In this document: piece by piece, positions 53,839 to 64,000 of the stretch | Layout: each line of letters starts with the position of its first letter | Position numbering within the stretch: the first letter of the stretch is position 1 | NCBI GenBank assembly: GCA_964016885.1 | Contig: OZ024755.1 | Location: 34,038,001-34,102,000, forward strand | Direction of reading: 5' to 3' | Length of the DNA: 64,000 nt | DNA from: Eledone cirrhosa | Taxonomy: Eukaryota | Notes under the pieces: model-generated | The model's database searches: none | What the model was told of the DNA's origin: nothing | Seen by the model: the letters and a program-made list of their open reading frames with translations, nothing else | Made by a program: the position numbers and the translations under genes

Positions 53839-54504
53839 TATATATATATCAACCCCAGTACTAGACTGGTACTTTTTTTTTATCAACCTCGAAAGGATGA
53901 AGGGCAGCAAAGTTGACCTTGGTGGGATTTGAACTCAGGGATGAGCAAGCCGGAACAAATACCATAAAGCATTCTATCCAACATTCTAACAACTCTGCCA
54001 ATTCACTGCCTAAACCATTATATATATATATGGTGGTTAAAGTGTTTTAATAAATCTAGTAAAGCTGAAAATTGTTGTTGAGACCACCAAGACTTTTGAC
54101 ATACCTGAGCAGTGCCAGAGGCTAGTCACCTTCATGCCACAGCATACTCCAGCAGTTCTCCAACTAACAATTAATTTACATTCCATAGTCATCGTTCAAT
54201 TTTTGACCAACTTGCTCTATTAAAATGATATGCTTTGGTTGTTCAGTTGTTATACCGTAGTATTTTAAGATATCAGATTTTTAACGATCTCTGCAAGGAA
54301 GCCATAAATGTTAGCTTACAACAAGATACTGGGAATAGATCAGTTTAGAGTTAGTGAGCCTTTCTCATTTGACTGACATCAATTATCTGATTTTTGCAAA
54401 ATATTCCAATTTTCTGTGATCACTATGTATATATATATGCAAGTGTTATGATATGATTGGATTGTGTACATGTATGTTAGTATTAGTATATGTGTGTGGA
54501 CATG

Positions 54505-54680
54505 AGAGAAAGTAAGAGAGAGAGAGACAGGGATAGAGAGAGAGAGAGAGCGAGATAGAGAGAGATAGATAGATAGAGAGAGTGAGATAGAGGGATAGAT
54601 ATAGAGATAGATAGATAGATAGAGAGAGAGAGAAAGAGAGAGAGAGAAAGAGAGAAAGAGAAAGAGAGAGAGAGGGAAGG

Positions 54681-54715
<35 letters not shown>

Positions 54716-54855
54716 ACATGTATTGCATAAGAGAATATGAAAGTGAATAAATTTTTGTGTAGAGTATATATATCAATGCTTGTGTATTTATGGGTGTGTA
54801 TGAGTATATATGAGGGCGGTGGACGGAGAGAGAGAGAGGGGAGAGAGAGAGAGAC
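54505..54855. repeat. (GA)n/(GATA)n microsatellites
   Basis: Direct reading. Confidence 0.85.
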
Positions 54856-55610
54856 GGGGGAGAATATGATTCCATATGTATGTAGGTGTGTGTGTGTGTG
54901 TGTGTGTGCATAAAAATTAATTTACATAGGTGTGTTAGCATATGTAATTGCATCTAGATGTGTGCATGTCTGTGTATGTGCATGTATACATACAGACAAC
55001 TATATGTATCCGTGTGTGCACCAGAAAACTTTCAATTAATAATTCTAAACCAAAATTCCCATCAGATTACCAACAAGTTCTTGTGTGAACAAGAAGTCTT
55101 CACTGCTAAAATTGCATTCTTTTCTCTGTTATTTATTTTTTTTTTTTTTCTTCATTTCTTCCTTGATCAAAATTACTATCTCAACAAGATACTCATTCAA
55201 TACCAACCCCTAAAATACACCACCAACTATCAACTCACTAGATCCATGCTAAAATAAACTGCTATATTTAACTTTATTCCTATCTGTACTTAGGGGGTTT
55301 CAATTTATTAAACAACTGCATTTCATTTATATATATATATATATATATTTATATCAGTGCTGCCAAATGACATATTGAATATGAGGCAACAGAATCTGTA
55401 TATATTTAATAACTAGTAGTTGCTGTCATGGTGGTAGGGATACAGATGGAACAGCTGTGTTATAGTTCCCTAGCTTCATATTGAGAAACAACACAGAAAA
55501 AAACTACACACTTTTTAATAGCTATCATCGCCATATTGATTTCTCCATTGCCACACGACTACAAATGTTGTGATAAAGGAGTGTAGCTGATATAAGTAAT
55601 CCCCTATATT

Positions 55611-55769
55611 CAGTGCCAGATTTACCATTGTGCTTAGGTGTGCTTAAGAACAAGGTCCCGTTAGCCAGGGGGCGAGAGCCATCGTCCTGCCAAAAATTTT
55701 TTTTACCTCAAGACAGGGGCATCATAACTTAACTAGCACAGGGACTCCTTCATCCTAAATCCAGCACTG
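55611..55769. mobile_element. hAT-type MITE, 159 bp
   Basis: TIRs CAGTGCCAGATTTA / TAAATCCAGCACTG, with a perfect 8-bp target duplication CCTATATT on both sides. Confidence 0.9.
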
Positions 55770-55809
55770 CCTATATTTAACCCTTTACATAACTCTATAT
55801 ACAGTATTT

Positions 55810-56172
55810 ACTGGGTGCATTTTGTCGAGGCTCCAGCATTACCCCACTCCTGAGTGTATTGGGTACATTTGGTTGGGGTACCAGCATTATCCCACTCCTG
55901 AGTGTATTCGGTACATTTGGTTGGGGTACCAGCATTATCCCACTCCTGAGTGTATTGGGTACATTTGGTTGGGGTACCAGCATTATCCCACTCCTGAGTG
56001 TATTGGGTACATTTGGTTGGGGTACCAGCATTATCCCACTCCTGAGTGTATTGGGTACATTTGGTTGGGGTACCAGCATTAGCCCACTCCTGAGTTGAGT
56101 ACATTTTATCATGTTAGCAGCATTACCCCACTCATGAGGGTACTGGGTACATTTTATCATGGTAGCAGCATT
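55810..56172. repeat. 48-bp minisatellite, ~5 conserved copies plus degenerate flanking copies
   Basis: Unit cccactcctgagtgtattgggtacatttggttggggtaccagcattat. Confidence 0.9.
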
Positions 56173-57034
56173 ACAGACGGTGTCAATAAAATACACTGAG
56201 GAAGAAATAGTATACAATATAGTCTTGGAGTGAAGGCGTGTGGCGAGTGGTTAGAGAATTGGATTCACCATCATGAGGTTGTGAGTTTGATTCCCAGACC
56301 AGGCAATGTGATATGTCCTTGAGCAAGACACTTTATTTCATGTTGCTCCTTCTACCTGGAGTTGTGACTGAGAGAGAGTATTAGCAATTAGAAAGACCAA
56401 TGGAAACATTGTTTCCTCGGTCCAATTTGATGAAAGTCAATAATGTTGGAGATAAATGTCTACAACATTCTCATTATGTTCAAATAACCAACAGTAACCA
56501 TAGTGAACAGTAAAGTACACTACTATGTATCAAAGATAACAAAAAGTGGCAAGAGCTTTCAACAATTATGAATCTATGATTCCTACCAATTCTCTCTAAT
56601 TTCTACATAATGAGAGTTAACACAGAACAGACAAAACGGTGTGAAGATTCATTTTGAAACATATAAATGTTAGAGCTATTTTTCCTAAACAGAGACACCT
56701 TGGTGAAACTAATATTTTACTGTTGATAACAGTGCCAATGACAATGTTGTCGATTATAATGACAGAGAAATTGAATGACTATAGTAATGGTGGTGGTGGT
56801 GGTGGTGGTGGTCATGGTGGTAGAGATATAAGAATTTACGGTGTTAGTGGTGGTGGTGGTGGTGGTCATGGTGGTAGAGATATAAGAATTTACGGTGTTA
56901 GTGGTGGTGGAGATATAAAAATGACGATGGTGGTGGTGGTGGTGGTAGAGATATAAAAATGACGATGGTGGTGGTGGTAGTAAAGATAGCAGTGATGATG
57001 CCAAGGAGAATTAATTTGCTGATGGTTTGCAAAT

Positions 57035-57301
57035 GAGAAGAAGAAGAAAGAGAAGGCAAAGAAGAAGGCAAAGAAGAAGAAGAAGAAGAAGAATAAGAAG
57101 GCGAAGAATAAGAAGGCGAAGAAGAAGAAGAAGAAGAAGAAGAAGAAGAAGAAGAAGAAGAAGAAGAAGAAAAAGAAGAAAAAGAAGAAAAAGAAGAAAA
57201 AGAAGGAGAAGGAGAAGGAGAATAAGAATAAGAAGAAGAAGAAGAAGAATGAGAAAAAGAAGAAAAAGAAGAATGAGAAGAAGAAGAAAAAGAAGGAGAA
57301 A
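57035..57301. repeat. (GAA)n purine microsatellite
   Basis: Direct reading. Confidence 0.9.
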
Positions 57302-57672
57302 GCCTTAGTTTGATTCCTGGGTTGGATTGCGTGTTGTGTTCTTGAGCAAAACATTTCAAATTGCTCCAGTATGCTCAGCTGAAAATGAGTACCAGTAATG
57401 GCTGGGGGATTAACCCTGCGATGGACTGGCGTCCTGTCCAGGGGGGATTCTTTTACTGCCAGTTGCTTCACGCCATGAGACCAAGGTAACCACTGCCCTA
57501 ACGAGCCTTAAATGGCTTAAGCCTTTAGCATTTAAACCGGCCGTATCCGGCCAGGATTCTCACCTCTTTCTGTTCAAACCAGCCGTAACAGGCCACTCAA
57601 ACTGATGTTAAGGTATTGTTCTAAAAATAAATAATATCAAAATCTCATAGATTTGATATTATGTGAGATAAT

Positions 57673-58188
57673 AATAGTCAAATCTCAGATGAAAGAATGG
57701 TATTTAACCAATGTATTGGTACGCGATGGGGCCCACCCACAGCCCGGCGGACAGAATGGAGAAGGCGTTTCCCCAGAGGACGGCAAGGGAGACGCGCTGG
57801 AAAAGCCACTCCAACTTGTGGGGCTCACACCTGCAGCTGGCCAGCTCAGCGCCTATGGTGGTGAGTAAGGAGGTAGCCCTAGGGCCGAGGACACCAGAAG
57901 TTTCCACTGCCAGCGGAACGACCGCAAACCTGTCGGAGAGCGACCGGTATTTGAGGAGTTTGACCCCCTCAGCTCGACGTGCAGCAGAACCTGGGTCAGT
58001 CGCAGACTGCACCAGGTTGCGGCTGCAGAAAATGTCGGTGCAAGTGGCATCCCAGACGAGGGGTTTGCCACCGTGGAATGGGAAGATGGTCATGCCATCT
58101 GGCCTTTTGCCGTCCCCTCGATCCAGCCCCACCGGTTCGAGCTGGGAAGGGAAGCCTGCAGCGTCCAAGCCATGCTTAATGACCTCGT
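57673..58188 (-). mobile_element. 5'-truncated CRE-like non-LTR retrotransposon (restriction-like endonuclease domain) inserted in a piggyBac-like MITE
   Basis: GC-rich island encoding NEVIKHGL…EPVGLDRGDGKRPDGMT…LVWDAT…AEGVKLLKY…VPLAVETSG…LFQRVSLAVLWGNA (RLE RPD..D..K..KY..E.G pattern). Flanked by the 9-bp direct repeat TGAGATAAT (57664-72, 58189-97). Confidence 0.85.
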
Positions 58189-59620
58189 TGAGATAATTAT
58201 GTGAGATGAAGTGTCTACCATGAAAATACAATAGTATATATAGAGGATAGACTTTAGACTTAGTTTTAGACATGGTAAAAGGACATTCTATCTTTTTTTT
58301 TTTGAGAAAAGTGATGTTTTCTCTGTTCCTTCATTTGCCAGCAGCTTCAAGTTGCACACATTTGGAGTTAACAGAACATTATGGTCATAATAGTGCTAAT
58401 TTAATTCGAAGCTCTTACAATCCAACAACAGAATCTCTACATTGTCATTCGGCTTGTTAAGAATAGCAGCTAAATCTCCCTTAGCCCTTTAGCCTTCACA
58501 TTACTCTATATTTAGTATTGTATTTTCATGGTAAACACTTTATCTTACATAATTATTTCACATAATATTGAATCCACAAGATTTTCATATTATTTATTTT
58601 GAGAAAAATAATTTAACATTGTTATGAGTGGCCAGTTACAGTCGGTTTGAACAGAAAGAGGTCAAAAAGTTGACCATAACAGGATGTCAACTCAAAGAGT
58701 CAGAATACATACCACATTGACTCCGCCAATTCACCAGCCTGGAATCATTATATGATTTTCCAAAAATCGTAGAACCCATGCCTATATTTTATATACAATC
58801 CCCACTAACATAATTTTAATAAAACATCAAATGAAACAATCTTATAGTGAAAGAATCTATTCATATAATATATATATATAATTTTTGCTGGACCGTCAAC
58901 CACTCTGTATGTTTAAACAGCTCATAAACATAACTGAAATTCTATAAGAATCCAGCTCTATAACTCTCAGCAGAAGTGAAGGGGTGTGTAGTCTTGACAA
59001 CCACTTATAAGCAAGAAACGCTACTACTGTCAATTACTCCCCTTTGCTTTTGCCGAGACTAATTATGTGACATAGTCACTACTTTAAAATTCATAGCGAA
59101 TGGTCTTCAAACTGTTTTTTGAATAAACATACACTATATTATCAAATACACTATACATACATTCATATATACATCACATTTTTTTTTATTAAATCTAATT
59201 AAGAGATATCTTATCTTGCAGAATACCACAACTTTTCCATGGAATCCATTTTGGAAAATGCTATACAATAGAATCAACCAGGATTTCAGTGTCTCATTTA
59301 TAAAACATGACATAGTACACACTGCCTAAGGGCAGTGCCCCAGCATGGCCTAAGGTAAAAGAGTAATATAAAGTATACAAAATGCTTAACTGTATTTAGT
59401 TATGATTTTCTATATTCTGAGTTGAAATCCCACCAAGAATAACATTGTCTTCCTGGTGTTCATCCGATGATTTCTTCTCAAAAGTCTAAAATACAGAGTA
59501 ACCACAAAAACACTCCTTGACTTTAAATACTTATAATTTGAAAACTTAAATAAATATTCTTACAATATTGGTGGCTTCAGTTTCTCTCCCCATTTGCAGA
59601 ATTTATCCGATCCTCTAGAT

Positions 59621-59951
59621 CAGCGTTTCTCAACTGGTGTTCCCCAGAACCCTAGGATTCCGCAAGAGGTCACTAGGGGTTCCACGAGAACCAGTGATAA
59701 ATAAACTAATGTATTTTAAAAAGTAATTTTTGTTTAATTTTGTATTCGTAATTCTACTATACATTTACGGCATTGTGTTGAAAAATCCTTGTTTATTTTA
59801 AGAAAGGTTTCAACCTCTTATATTATATAAAACTAGGTCAATATAAGAGATAGATATTAATGATGGTATATAATAATTTTTATGTAGGGGTTCCCTGAGA
59901 CATGAACCTATTTCAAGGGTCCCACAAGGGTAAAAAGGTTGAGAAACGCTG
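59621..59951. mobile_element. hAT (Charlie-like) MITE, 331 bp
   Basis: Perfect 14-bp TIR CAGCGTTTCTCAAC / GTTGAGAAACGCTG; 8-bp target duplication CTCTAGAT / CTCTAGTT. Confidence 0.92.
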
Positions 59952-60256
59952 CTCTAGTTGGCAGTGTAATTGAAGATGGTGTTCACTCCACAACAATGTA
60001 GCTGCTGTGTTTTTGTGGTCCCCCTGTATATTTTTTAAGACTTTTGAGAAGAAGAAATAATGGGATGAACACCAGAGTTAAGTCCTGTTTTGTTTCTTGG
60101 TTGAGCTTTTTTTCTTTTCTCTTTTTTTTTTTTTGAAATATTTATATTTGCTATACAATGTTCAATATGCAGTTTCCATGATATGTCTTTGGTTATTCTA
60201 AGTTCTAAACAAATGCGTTTCTAGTGAACCTACCAATGTTTTCTCCATCTGTTTAA

Positions 60257-60464
60257 CCCTTTAACATTTAAACTGACCATATCCAGCCAGAATTCTCTCA
60301 CCTCTTTCTGTTCAAACTGGCCATAACTAGCCACTCATACTGACGTTAAGGTATTCTCCTAAAAATAAATAACATCAACATCTCATAGACTCAATATTAT
60401 GTAAAATAAAGCCTTTACCTTGAAAACCTAATAGTAAATATAGAGTAATGTAAATGCTGAAGGG
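60257..60464. mobile_element. piggyBac-like MITE, same family as 6063-6283, opposite orientation
   Basis: TTAA-ccctttaacattta … taaatgctgaaggg-TTAA. Confidence 0.88.
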
Positions 60465-60756
60465 TTAACTCACATTTTTTTCTGGTTATTTTGTTTCATT
60501 TTTAAAATGTTATCCATCTTTCTCCAATGCTTCTCTTCTATTCATTGGTTTCAACTCTTTATATTTCCCCCTGTTTTATCTGGTTTTCCTTTATCTTTAT
60601 TTAACATTATCATTACCAAACGATGTGTAATGTCCTCTTGCTATTCAACATTTTCCTTCATATTTAAAATGTCATAATCATTTGTATATACTACATATCT
60701 CTCCATCCACACACACATACATACATATACACATACACACACACATACATACATAT

Positions 60757-60810
<54 letters not shown>

Positions 60811-61035
60811 GCATAATAACAATTAAAAGAAAAGAAAAAAACTGACAACAACAGCAACATACAAAGCAAATAAATATTTCAAATATGAAGAAAAGATAAT
60901 TATGGAACAAGTAGAGAATGATGCAGTTTGCATTTAAGATAGAGTCGTATCTTCAGAAGAATTGAGGAATTAAATTTACCACTTCTTGCAAACATTTTCT
61001 CTAATTTCAAGAATAGCTACAAAAAAAAAAAGCTA

Positions 61036-61066
<31 letters not shown>

Positions 61067-62371
61067 TTCTTTTATATAAAAATGATGAAATGAAATATTT
61101 TAGAGATATGTATGATATACCTCTACATTGAAATGAATTAAACTCCTACTACCACTACCACCACTACAACTACTACTACTAATAATAATAATAACAATAA
61201 CACTAATAATAATAATGATTTATAACATCCTTAACATAATAATAATAATTTATCTGATGGAATTTTGCCAGAGTTTTGGTTTTTTCTTCCTCAGTAATAT
61301 AATAAAGTGTTCAAACAATATTGTTCTTGTTGTCATTGATAAAATCATTCTTATACCCCCATCCTCACAGCCATCAGCATAAACCATCATCATCTTCATC
61401 ATTACTTTCAGTAGCAGCTGCAGCCTGATCACTAGCATCATCACCCTTATCATTGCTGTCATCATCATCATCATTTGTTTGTTTAACTATTTACTATTTG
61501 TATATTTGTGTGAATGTATATATAATATATATATAATGTATATGATGTATATATATATATATAATGTATATAACATATATATATATATATAATGTATTTA
61601 TATAATATATTTGTGTGAATGCATATATATATAACATATATATATATATATTATATATATATAATATACATATATATATAACATATATATATATATATTA
61701 TATATATATAATATACATATATATATAACATATATATATTATATATATAATATACATATATATAATATATATATAATATATTTGTGTGAATGCATATATA
61801 TATATATACATTCACACAAATATACAAGTAGTAAAGATATAAATAAATAAATAAATAAAGAGATAAATAAATAAATATACATATATATATATATGCATTC
61901 ACACAAATATATTATATATATACACACATATATCTATATATATATATAGAGAGAGAGAGAGGCGTAGATAGATAGATACATAGATATAGGTACCAAAAGG
62001 ATGTCAGTACACACACACTTGCACACTAATTTATTTATTTATCTCCCTCAACCACAAAAAAAAAGAATTAGATTCAGAACATTCAAAAGTATGTTTTTAT
62101 CGTAATATAGTTAAGACTCAATTTTGAGGTAGAAAAATTTGTTTAGCTTCCACTAAGTACATTTTTATATCAGGTGAGCATCGCATGATACACTGACTTT
62201 CACGAGTACTATTAACTACTAAACTCTCAAGCATGTGTCATTTCCAGATATTTTTTCACCTGCCTTCATAAAATAAAGCATTTCTAGAAATGGAAGAAAA
62301 ATCGTTTATATATTATCTCATTGTTTTAACATTTTAATATCATTTTGTTGCGTTGTTTACATATTACATCA

Positions 62372-62719
62372 TTTGACGCATAGAGTTACAGCCCTTGCCA
62401 TTCTGAGTTCAAATCCCGCCGAGGTTAACTTTGCCTTTCATCCTTACAGGGTCGATAAAATAAAGTACCAGTAATGTACTGGGTAATTGCTGGCCTTGTG
62501 CCAAAAGTAGAAACAATTATATATATATATAGATAGATTGGCAGTATCGGTAGAGGGTCGGACACCATGCTTTGACGCATAGAGTTACGGCCCTTGCCAT
62601 TCTGAGTTCAAATCCTGTCGAGGTTAACTTTGCCTTTCATCCTTACAGGGGTTGATAAAATAAAGTACCAGTAATACACTGGGTAATTGCTGACCTTGAG
62701 CCAAAAGTAGAAACAATTA
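62372..62719 (+). mobile_element. Two tandem family B Meta-like SINEs
   Basis: Near-identical to 52926-53116. Confidence 0.85.
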
Positions 62720-62761
62720 TATATATATATATATATAGATACACATATATATACATACATG

Positions 62762-62796
<35 letters not shown>

Positions 62797-62975
62797 GTCG
62801 TTTCTGAATTTGTTTAGCAAGATTCTTTATTTGAAAACGTGTGTTGAAACCGATATTGTTATACTTTGGGAGGGTCATGTTGCCAATAAGAAACACACGC
62901 ACCTGTTGCTTTCATTTCAATTTATTATAAATTTCCGGTTGGTTGGTTCCACAACCGGATGGTTGTTCATATATT

Positions 62976-63021
62976 GTCAAAGTTCTTTCGTCACATATTC
63001 TGTGACCTCCTCTTCAGTGAC
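62976..63021 (-). ncRNA. Degenerate hammerhead, paralog of 35678-35720
   Basis: Minus strand: GTCA-CTGAAGA-ggag-GTCACA-gaata-TGTGAC-GAAA-gaac-TT-TGAC. Triplet CUU; extra bases before stem II. Confidence 0.55.
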
Positions 63022-63134
63022 TGAGGATTCTTTTCTTTGTTTTGTGCCTCTTCTTTGTTCTGTCCTACGCCATCTTGTTCTTGTGTGTGTTGTGTGCTTC
63101 ACAACACACACAAAAACAAGATGGCATAGGAAAT

Positions 63135-63417
63135 CCCGCTTTACCTTTGTAGCAATTTATGAGAATACTGCTGCACCAGTCTTTGGGTCTGACACCGCCA
63201 TATATAGCCTGATTGATCGATGATGCGTGCAATCAGTTTAGTGCCCTGATGCCTTCAGGACCATGAAGTCCCCTGCTAGCATAACGATGTCTCCGTCCTC
63301 TGTCATTGCGGCTGTTTGTAAAAGTTGCTTGTAAAAGCAGTCTTTCTCTTCTTTACCTAGGCCTGCCTGGGGAGCATAGGCAGAGATGATTGTCAGTAGT
63401 CTCTTGCCAACAACTAA
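63135..63417 (-). pseudogene. RTE LINE internal fragments: APE endonuclease joined to the pre-RT region
   Basis: LVVGKRLLTIISAYAPQAGLGKEEKDCFYKQLL…VMLAGDF (APE), then …PKDWCSSILINCYKGK (pre-RT). Implies a large internal deletion. Confidence 0.8.
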
Positions 63418-63778
63418 TCATCATCATCACTATTTTACGTCCATTCTTCCACGCTAGCATGGGTTAGACGGGTTGTCCTGTTGTGGGCGGTGTCCAGTCG
63501 GCTGACCTTGTCTTGCTCATGGGGGAACTGATTTTGGCTTGATTTCTACAGCTGGATGCCCTTCCTAACACCAACCTCATTTACAGTGAGTGCTGGGTGC
63601 TTTTTTTCTGTGGCGCCTACATGTCCACTTTACAGTGGAATGATAGGGACCCAGTCCTATCATTTCTTTTCTACAGCTGAATAAACTGAAGCAATGTGAA
63701 ATAAAGTATCTTGTTCAAGGAAACAACACATCACCCAGTCCGATAATTGAACGCCCAATGCTCTAACCACTAAGCCAT
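63418..63778 (-). mobile_element. SINE family A, near full-length
   Basis: (CAT)n tail, body and partly deleted tRNA head. Confidence 0.82.
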
Positions 63779-64000
63779 CCTGCAGGACTAAAAACAAAAC
63801 CTGTCAAAGAGCAAAGCAGCTCTTAAGAGTCAATGGCCATCAAAAATCACTGGGAGAGATGACCCCTTAGCCTTTGTCAAGGCAGAATTCTAGGAGAAGG
63901 AAAACTCTGATATAACACCTGCAACCCTGATGGTATCCAATGATGTTGACTTGTTCTTCTTTTTGGTAAATATCATCTTGGTTAAGAGAGTGGGACTGGC

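Noticed and set aside
55795-56217. 16-aa repeat ORFs on both strands
   Set aside because: Artefact of a 48-bp minisatellite that is open in several frames.

Overview
AT-rich eukaryotic genomic DNA, intronic or intergenic, with no host protein-coding exon, rRNA, true tRNA gene or CRISPR array that I can support. The repeat make-up is tRNA-headed CORE-like and Meta/MESC-like SINEs, RTE-type LINE ends with (GAT)n tails and very dense (TA)n/(CA)n/(GAT)n/(GGT)n microsatellites. This suggests an octopod or other coleoid cephalopod genome (inference). Most ORFs in the track are microsatellite or satellite artefacts. The real coding relics are all transposon fragments: RTE/LINE RT and APE, a CRE-like restriction-like endonuclease, a deleted mariner transposase and probable Tx1/L1 ends. 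The least obvious signal is about 15 minimal type-I hammerhead ribozyme motifs (about 9 near-canonical, the rest decayed) from several unrelated sequence families. They lie in short non-coding cassettes, usually next to (TA)n tracts and arranged as inverted or tandem repeats, which is a Penelope-pLTR/retrozyme-like architecture. Two of them carry the compensatory U3-A8 core. Also present are satellites grown from a SINE/LINE 3' region and from a LINE ORF, and an LTR with an extended tRNA-Trp primer-binding site. Coordinates were read by eye; the edges of degenerate repeats are approximate.
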